This document shows positions 52,817 to 64,000 of a DNA stretch of 64,000 nt, piece after piece. Numbering within the stretch: position 1 is the stretch's first letter; each line of letters starts with the position of its first letter. Below the pieces are notes generated by a model, which saw only the letters and a list, made by a program, of their open reading frames with translations, did no database searches and had not been told where the DNA came from. The position numbers and the translations under genes are program-made. The stretch spans positions 20,646,001-20,710,000 of the forward strand of contig OX597827.1 in NCBI GenBank assembly GCA_951406725.2. Reading direction: 5' to 3'. Source of the DNA: Octopus vulgaris (Eukaryota).

Positions 52817-52900
52817 TATATATATATATCATCATCATCATCGTTTAGCGTCCGCTTTCCATGCTGGCATGGGTTGATATATATATATATATATATATAT

Positions 52901-53242
52901 TACCAGTGTCACCTTACTGGCACTTGTGCTGGTGGCACATGAAAAACATTTGAGCGAGGTCGTCGCCAGTGTCACTGGACTGGCTCCTGTGCAGGTAGCA
53001 CGTAAAAAGCACCACTTGAGTCTGGCCGTTGCCAGTGCCGCCTGATAGGACCTCGTGCAGGTGGCATGTCAAAGCACCCACTACACTCTCAGAGTGGTTG
53101 GCATTAGGAAGGGCATCCAGCTGTAGAAACTCTGCCAGATCAAGATTGGAACCTGGTTCAGCCATCTGGTTCGCCAGTCCTCAGTCCAATCGTCCAACTC
53201 ATGCTAGCATGGAAAGCGGACGTTAAACGATGATGATGATGA

Positions 53243-53245
<3 letters not shown>
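52901..53245 (+). mobile_element. SINE-like family A
   Basis: Same body and tail. Confidence 0.85.
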
Positions 53246-53287
<42 letters not shown>

Positions 53288-53289
<2 letters not shown>

Positions 53290-53695
53290 TGCAGGAGTGG
53301 GTGTGTGGTAAGTAGCTTGCTAACCAGCCACATGGTTTCGGGTTCAGTCCCACTGCATGGCATCTTGGGCAAGTGTCTTCTGCTATAGCCCTGGGCCGAC
53401 CAATGCCTTGTGAGTGGATTTGGTAGACGGAAACTGAAAGAAGCCTGTCGTATATATGTATGTGTGTGTTTGTGTTTGTCCCCCTAGCATTGCTTGACAA
53501 CCGATGCTGGTGTGTTTACGTCCCCGTCACTTAGCGGTTCGGCAAAAGAGACCGATAGAACAAGTACTGGGCTTACAAAGAATAAGTCCCGGGGTCAATT
53601 TGCTCGACTAAAGGTGGTGCTCCAGCATGGCCGCAGTCAAATGACTGAAACAAGTAAAAGAGTAAAAAAAGAGTAAAAGGAGAGAGTAAAAGAGT
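53288..53695 (+). mobile_element. tRNA-derived SINE family B, full length
   Basis: tRNA-like head with A-box-like GTGTGTGGT and B-box-like GGTTCAGTCCC, a central microsatellite, and a 3' end CCAGCATGGCCGCAGTCAAATGACTGAAACAAGTAAAAGAG. Confidence 0.85.
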
Positions 53696-53720
53696 ATATA
53701 TATATATATGTATATATATA

Positions 53721-53888
53721 TTAAGAAAAAGGAGGTAGTGAGGATTTGGATAAGAATTATTTATTTAGCACTTTTTTCCCTTTCATTGGGATTCAGCATG
53801 AGGAATTATTCATGATGTATCCATCCAAGGAACAAAAGCACAAAAAAGAAAGTTCTTATCCAAATTCTGACCACCTCCCTTTTATTAA
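53721..53888. repeat. Hairpin/MITE-like element
   Basis: AAAAGGAGGTAGTGAGGATTTGGATAAGAA pairs with TTCTTATCCAAATTCTGACCACCTCCCTTT. Confidence 0.65.
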
Positions 53889-54796
53889 TATATAAAATCT
53901 GGAAACCACCTCAAACAATATACACCACACACACACACACATAAGTGACATGCCTACTTCTACATTTAATCCGCACACAATTTTCACAAATGGAAAAATG
54001 AAAAATTACTAAAACCTTTGAAAAGCTGAATATCAGTGCAAACCAGATCCTGGTAAGTTAAATATCACTGCTTTCTTCTATGACAAAACCTCATTTAGCT
54101 CGAACACACACAAAAATGTCTACACTGAAACCTTTTCCTATACAAAAGACGCAATTAACATGAAATCCCCTTTTTTCCTTCTCTCCTTTTTACTTGTGTT
54201 ACATGTCACACTTATCTTATGTAGAAGCGCACCAATAGATTTTCAGTTAAATATGAGTGCATTTATTCTGTGAAAAATGTGTTTTTCTATTTTTTGTTTT
54301 CAGACATAGAGATACTTAGAATAAAACTATTTCTCTCTATATTAAAAAGCAAAACATGCTTTCATTACAAAAAAAAAAAATGTATATAAAAATTCAATGT
54401 ATTTTTAAACTTTTCTCAATATATTTATATATGAAGAGAGAGAGAGAGAGAGAGAGAGATAATGATGCAAATATATACAATCGAGTTATATATATATATA
54501 TATATATATTACTGAAACCTGTTTATAGGGTTATCCTGGGTTTCTCTATATGGCATATCATACATACTCACACAACAGACCTATAAACAAGCCTTCACCA
54601 GTAATTAATATAGACTGCTCTACTTCTTAGAGAGTGCTTCTTCTCCATTTTTATATTTTTCTAAATATATATATATATATATAATGTATATATACATGTG
54701 TGTGTGTGTGTGTGTATAATATACATACATATATATACATGTAGGGATATATTGAGAGAGAGAAACAAAGGCTGAAAATATTCGAATGATGATAAG

Positions 54797-55103
54797 TGCT
54801 TTCTGCTATAGCTTTGACCTCTAACCAAAGCCCTGTCAGTAGATTTATTAGATAGAAACTGTAAGAAGCATGTCATATATATGTGTGTGTGTGTGCATGT
54901 AAGTTTGTGTCTGCTCCACACCAGCACTTGACAACCAGTGTTGGTTTGTTTACATCCCTATAACCCAGCAGTTTAGCAAAAGAGATTGAGGGAATAAGCA
55001 CTAGGATTTTAAAATAAATACTGGGGTCAATTCCTTTGATTGAAACCCTTTAAAGTCATGTCCCAGCATGGCTGCAGTCCAATGACTGAAGCAAGTAAAA
55101 GAT
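54797..55103 (+). mobile_element. SINE family B, older 5'-truncated copy
   Basis: Diverged body and 3' end. Confidence 0.75.
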
Positions 55104-55124
55104 ACACACACACCCCTCATTTGA

Positions 55125-55339
55125 GGGGTGTTTCTTGTGAGTCACTTGGTGACCTCACCAGTGCTGGTGCCACATAAAAGTACTCAATTACTGACCAATG
55201 TTTGGCATTAGGAAGGGCATCCAGCTGTAGGCACCTTGCCAAAGCTGCTATTATAACTTGAAGTAGACCTGTGGCTTGCCAGAGCTTGTCAAACCATCCA
55301 GCCTATGCCAGCAGGAAAAAACAGATGTCAAATGATGAT
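55125..55339 (+). mobile_element. SINE-like family A, older copy
   Basis: TTGGCATTAGGAAGGGCATCCAGCTGTAG core. Confidence 0.7.
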
Positions 55340-55409
55340 ACACATACTTGTATATATATGTGTGTATATAATAATAAATACACACACACACGTGTGTGTG
55401 TGTGTGTGT

Positions 55410-55715
55410 GCCAAGTTCAGAGAGATTCTACCTTTGTTGGCAACAAAGAGCCTCTCCCTCAGAGGGAAAGGCAGATTCTTTGATACATGTGTGCAAACAG
55501 CTATGCTACATGGCAGTGAAACATGAGCTGTGACTGCCAAGGACAAGTGTAGGCTTGAAAGAAATGAAGCCAGTATGCTTCACTGGATGTACAATGTCAG
55601 TGTGCACATTCAACAAAGTGTAAGCATCTTGAGAGAAAAGTTGGGCATAAGAGGCATCAAATGTGATGTGCAAGAGAGATGACTGCACTGGTATGGTCAT
55701 GCGATGCATATGGAC
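55410..55715 (+). mobile_element. RTE (BovB-like) LINE 3' ORF fragment
   Basis: KFREILPLLATKSLSLRGKGRFFDTCVQTAMLHGSET*AVT...RLERNEASMLHWM...LREKLGIRGI...LHWYGHAMHMD. Confidence 0.85.
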
Positions 55716-56425
55716 GGATCAGCCGGAACCCTCATCGTCGTAACCGATGGAGTGCTTCCAAAAGATATGTTCCAACTAAGATTGCTTGGCATGCTGAGGC
55801 TACATTTAAATGAAATGGCTCAATTAAATGTTACAACTGAACCAGGTGGGGACATGAGAATCTGCATATTATAGAGGGACATCATGTTAATTTTCCAGAA
55901 ATTACAGCATGATGTGGCTTATCATCAATAATTCTTTCCATCATTTCCTGAACTTTGAAAATGATGAATACCTGTAATACACTGAGATCAATTTGGTCCA
56001 CTATATCCTGTTTCCTTTGCAATGATTGGCTGCAAGCCAAGTCAAAAGGAACCATTATTAATTTTAACTGTTTACTGCTGTTGTTGCCGTTACTACCCTG
56101 GCTATTGTCATTGCTGTTATTGCTCTTGTTGCAACTGGTGTCATTGTCTAATACTGTTGTTGTTGTTGTTGCTGCTGTTATTGTCACTGTTGTTACAGTT
56201 CCTGCTTTTGCTCCCGTGGCTATTGTTGTTGCAGCAGCAGTCGTCATTAGCAGCGATGAAAGGCAGCAACATGTGTTTCATTATAATTTCATTGGGACTC
56301 TTTGAAAGACGCCTGACATTCATCGAAGCAAAACTAATTGACCAACATAATTGGAATTAGTCAGCCAGAAAAGAAATAAAAAAAAATAACAAAAAAAAAT
56401 ATGATGTGTCTATCACCTGTGTGTA

Positions 56426-56471
<46 letters not shown>

Positions 56472-56623
56472 TTATACAATATATAATAAACACAAAATAA
56501 AATACACAAAATATCCTCCTAGACAGAAATATGAACAGGTATCTGCAAATATAACATTCATGTATTCTTCATACATGCAGAAGACACAAATGCACACACA
56601 CACACACACACACACACAAATAC

Positions 56624-56671
<48 letters not shown>

Positions 56672-56794
56672 CCTATTAAGCTTAGCAATTAGATTTCTTC
56701 ATCCTCCAAGCTAGGTTGTTTCCTCTTAAATCTCATTATTATTACATTTCGTGTGTGTGTGTGTATATATATGTATACATACATTCACACACAT

Positions 56795-56838
<44 letters not shown>

Positions 56839-57374
56839 ACATATACACACAAATATTTGATAAAATGCTCAAGTTTACAAGAACAGAGTCCAGGTAACAA
56901 AGGAATTATCTAATTAGTAGGGTTAATAAGTTATTTTTTAAAATTTGTTTTCATCTCATTCAACTGACCCCTGCTCCCAACTTTATATCCCTACCAGCAG
57001 AGCACATCTCCCTTATCCATCACTTGTAAACGAGCAATGTTTATGAAATGTTTACTGTAGGTTTTTTTTTTATGTTTATTAAATTTGTTTACTGTGTTTT
57101 TATTATGTGTTTAGTGTATGTTTATTAGATGCCTATTTTATGTTTCTTGTATGTTATAACTAGTGGATATATAAAAACATCAAATGCTTGGAGACTCCTG
57201 AAGTTGGAGAAGAGACTGTCTCTGGCAGCACATGGTCTTCTCTTACTCATCTCTTGTACATGATGAAGGGATGGCTGAATGAATGGATCAATAGGTAGAC
57301 AGGTGGATGTGTGCGTGTACGTGCACCTATCCATTTATCCATCCATCCCTATACACATATTTATCTATATACAT

Positions 57375-57677
57375 AAATGTATGTATGTATGACTGTATGT
57401 ATGTATGACTGCATGACTGTAAGTATGTATGACTGCATGACTGTAAGTATGTATGTATGTATGACTGTTTGAATGTATGTATGACTGTATGTATGTATGT
57501 ATGTATGTATGTATGTATAACTGTATGTATGTATGTATGACTGTATGTATGTATGTATGACTGTATGTATGTATGACTGTATGTATGACTGTATGTATGT
57601 ATGTATGTGTGTGTGTATGTGTGTATGTATGTGTGTATGTATGTGTGTATGACTATGTATGTGTGTATGTATGTACA
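57375..57677. repeat. (TATG)n compound microsatellite
   Basis: Directly visible. Confidence 0.95.
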
Positions 57678-58343
57678 TATCATCATTCCATACCTACTCC
57701 CTACAAAGGAATGGCTGTAAAATGTCTTCCGCTCTGGCTCGCTTGTCCCTTCCATTTACAGCATGTTTTCGGTTTTGATGTCCTTCCTAACACCAACCCC
57801 TTTTGCTGTCCACTGAATCTATTTCATTACGGTAGCAACATTAGGAGGGGTTGTCATGTCCTTTGGCCAGATGAAAGGATTCCCTTCAAACACAAGTTGT
57901 CCCTATTTGTTTGTCAGCCACTTCACAGAATATGTTTTATAACTGAACCAGCTCCTGGAAGGTTCAGGAGTATTTACTACACAACAGTATCTCCATTTAT
58001 TTAAGATACGGTGACCTCAAGGGTGAATACAAGAGCGGGAGAGAGAGAAAGAGAGAAATGACAGAAGGGGCCAAACATATGATGGGAGAAGCAGAATGAT
58101 TAGGGGTGAGAGTAATGGTTGTGCAACAATACTGGAAGAGAAGTGAAGGAGAAGAGAGAACAATGATAGGGAAGGAACACTTACTGGCACAAATTTGAAC
58201 TGCATTTCATCTAGGCTAATTCCCTTCCTCATCACTTGTGATAAAACTAAAGTCACTAAGCATTTTGTCTGATGTTCTAATGACTCTGTCAATTAATTAT
58301 CATTTCTCTCTCCCTCTGCCCCTAAGAGAGAAGGTGAGTAAGG

Positions 58344-58379
<36 letters not shown>

Positions 58380-58812
58380 ACTGCAGTTTGTTTGAAGTAG
58401 TATGAACTATGTAGATAAAATCAGTGTGTTATAGAAAGCAACAACAACACACGCAATATTTTAATTATTCTTAAAAAATAAGCATACTGAAAATATTGAA
58501 CTGTTACCTAAGAAATATTTGATTTGTGCTAATATTTCAGGTTAAGAACTTTGTTATAAAAGCTTTGAAGAACAAGAGAGAGAGAAGGAAATCTATATTA
58601 CGAGTCCGTTCTATTGGTGTGTTGACAGATTTGAGATGATGACAGAATGGGCATATAATTTATATCTGTTTTGTTCTTGAAAGTTTTTGTAAAGGGGTTT
58701 TTAACCTGAAAGGTCGGAACTAATTAAATATTTCAATATCTTTGTTATTTAATGTTTTATCTGCATTGCTCTCAGCTTCTTTTATACACTGATTTATGGC
58801 TAGACTAAATCG

Positions 58813-59064
<252 letters not shown>

Positions 59065-59596
59065 TAAAAAGACAAGTAGTGAGACATAGATTGTTAGACA
59101 TATTTTGCACATCTTGATGAGTTACAAAACTTCCTTGTTAAGTACATCATCAGCTCTATTGACTGACAGACAAATAAATTGAAAAAGGCAAAAAAAGTAA
59201 AGACAGCTGACCAAATTCACAAATTTATCAGTATCAGTTTGACAGACGAAAGATTTAAGATGTCAATTCAACACAAGACATCTCTACACTGACAAATATG
59301 TGTAGAGATCTGTTTTGTAGATACTGACTAGTTTCATAAAAGTTCTGGAGATTTTAGTAGATTTTTGCAGTAGAATTGTTGTCAGTGACCTGGTTGCAGT
59401 TGTTCAATGAAAATGTTGATTGCTCAAGAAATAATTCAAAAGTTCTGAAGACAGCGGTGAAACAGAATGGTTCTGTTGATAACTATATATTACATATAGC
59501 CTGTAATTAGCAGCGATTAGTAAGATTCACAAATTGTAAATCAAACAGAGAGAATAGGCATTAAAGAGGTCCTAAAATACTTTAGCTCTCACAATA

Positions 59597-59995
59597 CTCT
59601 CTTTTACTCTTTTACTTGTTTCAGTCATTTGACTGTGGCCATGCTGGAGCACTGCCTTTAGTTGAGCAAATCGACCCCAGGACTTATTCTTTGGATGCCT
59701 AGTATTTATTCTATTGGTCTCTTTTGCCGAACCGTTAAATTATGGGTACGTAAACACACCACCATCGGTTGTCAAGCGATGCTGGGGGAACAAACACAGA
59801 CACACAAACATATACATGCACATACATATATATACATATATATGACAGGCTTCTTTCAGTTTCCATCTACCAAATCCACTCACAAGGCTTTGGTCGGCCC
59901 GAGGCTATAGTAGAAGACACTTGCCCAAGGTGCCACGCAGTGGGACTGAACCCGGAACCATGTGGTTGGTAAGCAAGCTACTTACCACACAGCCA
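59597..59995 (-). mobile_element. tRNA-derived SINE family B, full length
   Basis: Reverse complement of 53288-53695. Confidence 0.85.
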
Positions 59996-61030
59996 TCCAT
60001 TTGCAAAGCTGAAGTGTGACTCACAACGGTATTTTGATTTCCTTATCTAGGATGGTGCTGCTACTGCTGCTGCTACATAAATAGATGGCATCCCCCAATT
60101 AAAAAAAAAAGGGACACACAGGTGAGTGTATGGAGTCAGACATTAACATACTCCCAACTGTAACCCACAGATGAGCAGTCACTTCACTCTGTTGCAACTT
60201 AATGAGGTCCTTACTCCTAGGAGCTGGTTGGACCCATGTCCCCTCTACATGAATCACCTGTCTTGCCCATCTCCCTTCTCCTCATGTCTACCCCAGAAGG
60301 CCCCCACATTGATCTATATGCTCAATTCTTCCTCTTCTGAAGGTGTCTAGATGTTGACTAAATAGACAGAGATTATGTGATCCTATTTCACATAAGGATT
60401 ATTAGCCAGACCATTACAAGAGACAGCCTTCCCATATGTTACACGCATAAGCTTGTTACATAGAAATTATCAATAAGTGCCTGCGATCCACATATGACCA
60501 GTCAAAGTTTGTTTGATGAGCTATATGCCCTATACAGGAGTTAGGCACAATAACCATAAAAGTTTGTAACACACAAATGTTTACTCTATAGACACACAAT
60601 GTATATGAAATATACCACAGTGGTAATTACAACATATTAATGTTAACTAGTTAAATAAATAAAAAATAAAAATTTAAACGTCAACTAATTACAATATATT
60701 CTTGTAATATTGAAAACAAAATATGCACAAACACAGAGAGAGAGAGAGACAGAGAGAGAGAGAGAGGCATATCTGTATATTAGATAGGTCTTAATACTGT
60801 TGCTGACGGTTAAAATCTAACAGATAAGACATGAGTCAATGTGAAGCTTCAGCAGAAGACATTGTCCTAAGGTGCCATGCAATAGGATTGAACCCAGAAC
60901 CATATCCTCCTCACAAAACAAACTGGTTAACAACACAGCCATGTCTGTGAGTATGTGCATGCATGCATTTCTATGGCCTGTAAAATTTTGTTTGATAAGC
61001 TCTCTCTCTCTCTCTCCATACAAAAATATA

Positions 61031-62204
61031 CAGGGTGCAGTGAATATATTGTTGTCTTAAGTTATGCAAAAATGAAAATAACACTGAGATCTCATTTTAA
61101 CAGATATATTTACCAAAATTACATAACAAATATCTTGAAATACTAAATAAATTTATTCAATGAAATCACCATTGGCTTCAACCATGGCCTCCAAACAACT
61201 TCAGAATCTCCTGCAACTCTTCTGGACAGTCTCCTTGTTTAAGTTGGTGAATGCTGCCATAACCCTTGCCTTCAGTTCATCTTTTGTGTTAGGAGGAGTT
61301 TTGTTGGTCTCTCACTCAACTGCGCCCCACACATAATAATCAAGGGAGTTGCAGTCTGGGGAGTTAGGTAGCCAAATGTTAGGGGTGATGTGGTTGCAGA
61401 AATTGTCTGACAGCTATAACTGGGTTCTCCTGCTTGTGTGGCATGGTACAGAGTCCTGTTGCCAGGCAGCCTTCCAGCAGTCACCCTCTTGACCCAGGGC
61501 AGCACTACTTCCTCCAGTCACTTGATGTAGGCCTCCATGTTGAGTTTGAGGCCGAATGGGAAGATGAATGGAGGCATAGCATTGCCATCACTAGTGATCA
61601 CACCAAACACCATGATGTTGACTGGATGTTTGATGTTTATCACTCTTGGTACATGTTTTGGGGACATGGCAAGCTAACGGTTGGTCTGTCTGTTCTCTGT
61701 CTGATCCTGACAGAAATTTTTCTTGTCTGAGAAAAACCGAAGCATGTTCGGTTGGAGGGGATGCTTGCATTTGTTGAAAAGCTTCTTCCTCTCATCCTTG
61801 ATGCTTAAGATAAAAATTGGCCCTTTCTCATCTTGTATGAGGTATACCAAATGTCTTCATGCACTACTTGCCTGATAAGAAACTCAGACACTCTCATGTC
61901 CTTGGTGACAGACCTGGTTGACTTGGAGGGATTGTTGTCAATCAAGATTCGGATCTCACCAAAAAATTCAGGAGTTCTTTTCTTATCAGAATGATCAGAG
62001 TGAGTTTTCTGAGCTGGCATATCTTCATAATCACTATTAGACTCATCCAACTCTTTCTGAATCCTCTCTGCTGTCCTCAGATTGAAATGTTCATACTGGA
62101 GCTTCAGCGTTCAAGTTTCTGACAGAGTGAATTGAGTAATGGTGCTATTCTTCTCACAGATGGTGCCCAACTGACCCTACTATACTGTTACTCATCGCAC
62201 CCTG
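61031..62204 (-). mobile_element. maT-type (DD37D) transposon, decayed, copy 3
   Basis: TA-CAGGGTGCAGTGAATA ... CATCGCACCCTG TIRs. ORF fragments 61805-62050 and 61272-61505 are homologous to copies 1 and 2. Confidence 0.9.
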
Positions 62205-62231
62205 TGTATATGTATTATATATATATATATA

Positions 62232-62285
<54 letters not shown>

Positions 62286-62286
<1 letters not shown>

Positions 62287-62447
62287 AGAAAAAGAGATGA
62301 TGTAAGAAAAATAATGATTATGTTATGGTCTTCATTAGCTTACAGCTGTTTCTGCAACAAAATGCAGTGGGCTCATTGAGTGCCTGAACAACAGCTAATG
62401 AAGTTCATAACATAACCATCGTTTTTCCTGTGTGATCTCCTTTTCTT
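62286..62447. repeat. Hairpin element with ~55-bp inverted arms and GAAACAGCTGTAAG on the minus strand
   Basis: TTATGTTATGGTCTTCATTAGCT pairs with AGCTAATGAAGTTCATAACATAA. Adjacent to (TA)n. Confidence 0.7.
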
Positions 62448-62721
62448 TTTACCACTCTGCACTCATCTAACACTTTTTTCTGAAATATATGTCTATGGAG
62501 CTTTACACCCGGTTATCAGCCTAGCAATGTCTAAGCAAAATATATATATATGCACACATGCACAAACACATACAGCTTGTGAAAAGGGTGTAAACAACTA
62601 ACGTTACCCCAGAAGATCACTCTCAAGTCATCTCTTTACGATCTTATTGCTCATCTCTCAAACACTCTCTCCTCCTCCTCCTCCTCTTCTCTCAATCTGA
62701 CAAAGTTTCATAAGAGTTTGA

Positions 62722-62960
62722 TTCATCATCCTTTAACATCCGTTTTCCAAGCAGGCATAGGTTGGACAGTTTGACCAGAGCTGGCAAGGCTGGAGAGCTG
62801 CACCAGGTTCCAGTCTGATTTTTGCTTGGTTTCTATGGCCAGATGCCCTTCTTAACACCAACCACTTTACTGAGTGTGCTGGGTGCTTTTTATGTGGACT
62901 GGCATGGAAGGGTGCTGTTTACATGAGCTGGCACAGATGCTTTTTATGTGGACTGGCACA
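62722..62960 (-). mobile_element. SINE-like family A, older copy
   Basis: Diverged reverse-complement body. Confidence 0.75.
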
Positions 62961-64000
62961 AGGGCACTTGTAAGGCAAAAACCCCTTCAGCTGGGGGTGG
63001 GGGTATTAACAATTCTGCTGTGGTAGTCGGGTTTTTGGGGGTACATCGAAACACCAGTTAAAATTCTTTGAATCAGAAATCTTATCTTTAAATTAAATCT
63101 TTTTCTTATAATTTATTTTCTCCCCTTAAAAGTTCTAAAATACATTAAGATATTGGCTACAAAGTGTTAAATTATAACGATTTCCTTAAAATAACTATTT
63201 AACCATTAAACTTAGATAACGAAGCTCATTTGAATAATTAATGATGCTGATTCCATTATAAGCTGAATAAAACTTCACAAAATCTATTATTTTTTTCTCT
63301 CATTATTAAATAGAAAATCGTATTTAACCCTGTAATTATAGACGATGCTTAATTTCCAGTCGTGAGCTTATTTGAAATACTGGTTACATGTATGAAGAAA
63401 TTCAACATCAGAAGGTATTAAACCTAAATTGCATCAGTCTAAAAAGATGTTGTGATGTTAATGCTGAAACATGAAGGATGCAACTAAAATTAAGTCATCA
63501 GGAGATTCTCAATCAGTCAGTTTTCTTTTGGTTACAAAAATTTTAATAGAATATAAACTAACACCATGACTATTGTAATCAAACTTATTACATCAAATTT
63601 AGATAACAACTATTTAAATGTTAATCTGCATTAATTAGTTTACCTAATTAAATATTTTCACAATCCCCTGTAAGCTTGCATATTTGATTTGGTCAATTTG
63701 AATGTTCTTTCTATAGTTTTAGAAATATATATTTTATTTGATCTATCTTTGAAAATTTTCTAACATACTACAAAAATAGCAGGGTAATTTAATTAATGCG
63801 CTTTTTAATTAATACTGGCACCTACATGGAAATATTTAAAGCTTCAAGAAATATTCTTTCCCTCTTTCTTTTCTCTGTCTGAAATAAATTCAAATTACAT
63901 TCCATATATGGAAATATGGTGTGATAATAGTTTTTGGTGGCTACAATGATAATTTTCTATTTTCTATCTTCTTTGGGCTCTTATGAAACTGCAGCCTCAT

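Noticed and set aside
55882-56360. ORFs of 112-121 aa and a possible small exon near 55973-56030
   Set aside because: Mostly a degenerate (TTG)n tract; weak donor and no recognisable domain.
59095-59160. Minus-strand CTGATGA...GTGCAAAATATGTC resembling a hammerhead
   Set aside because: GAAA is mutated and there is no convincing stem I; at best a heavily decayed copy.
63060-64000. Very AT-rich block, considered as a NUMT or transposon
   Set aside because: No mitochondrial gene, rRNA or paired TIR signature recognisable by eye.

Overview
AT-rich, microsatellite-dense animal genomic DNA. The repeat content points to a cephalopod, probably Octopus (inference). Almost all listed ORFs are artefacts of (CA)n/(TA)n tracts or decayed transposons. 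The window holds six decayed Tc1/mariner elements: three maT-type DD37D copies, one DD36E Tc1-like element and two mariners. It also holds many copies of four SINE-like families, fragments of RTE and RLE-type LINEs, a solo LTR, several MITEs and a foldback element. There is one convincing host exon on the minus strand (20711-20895), encoding an RRM-like domain of the PARP14/NMI type. The most interesting signal is a set of small non-coding retroelements carrying type I hammerhead ribozymes with palindromic stem III. Two have the 'one monomer plus short terminal redundancy' layout (periods 348 and 321 nt), and one of these has a ~19-bp target-site duplication, which fits retrozyme-like copies of circular RNAs. 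Several hairpin-shaped Penelope-like remnants carry decayed hammerhead halves. All calls were made by eye, and the boundaries of old repeats are approximate.
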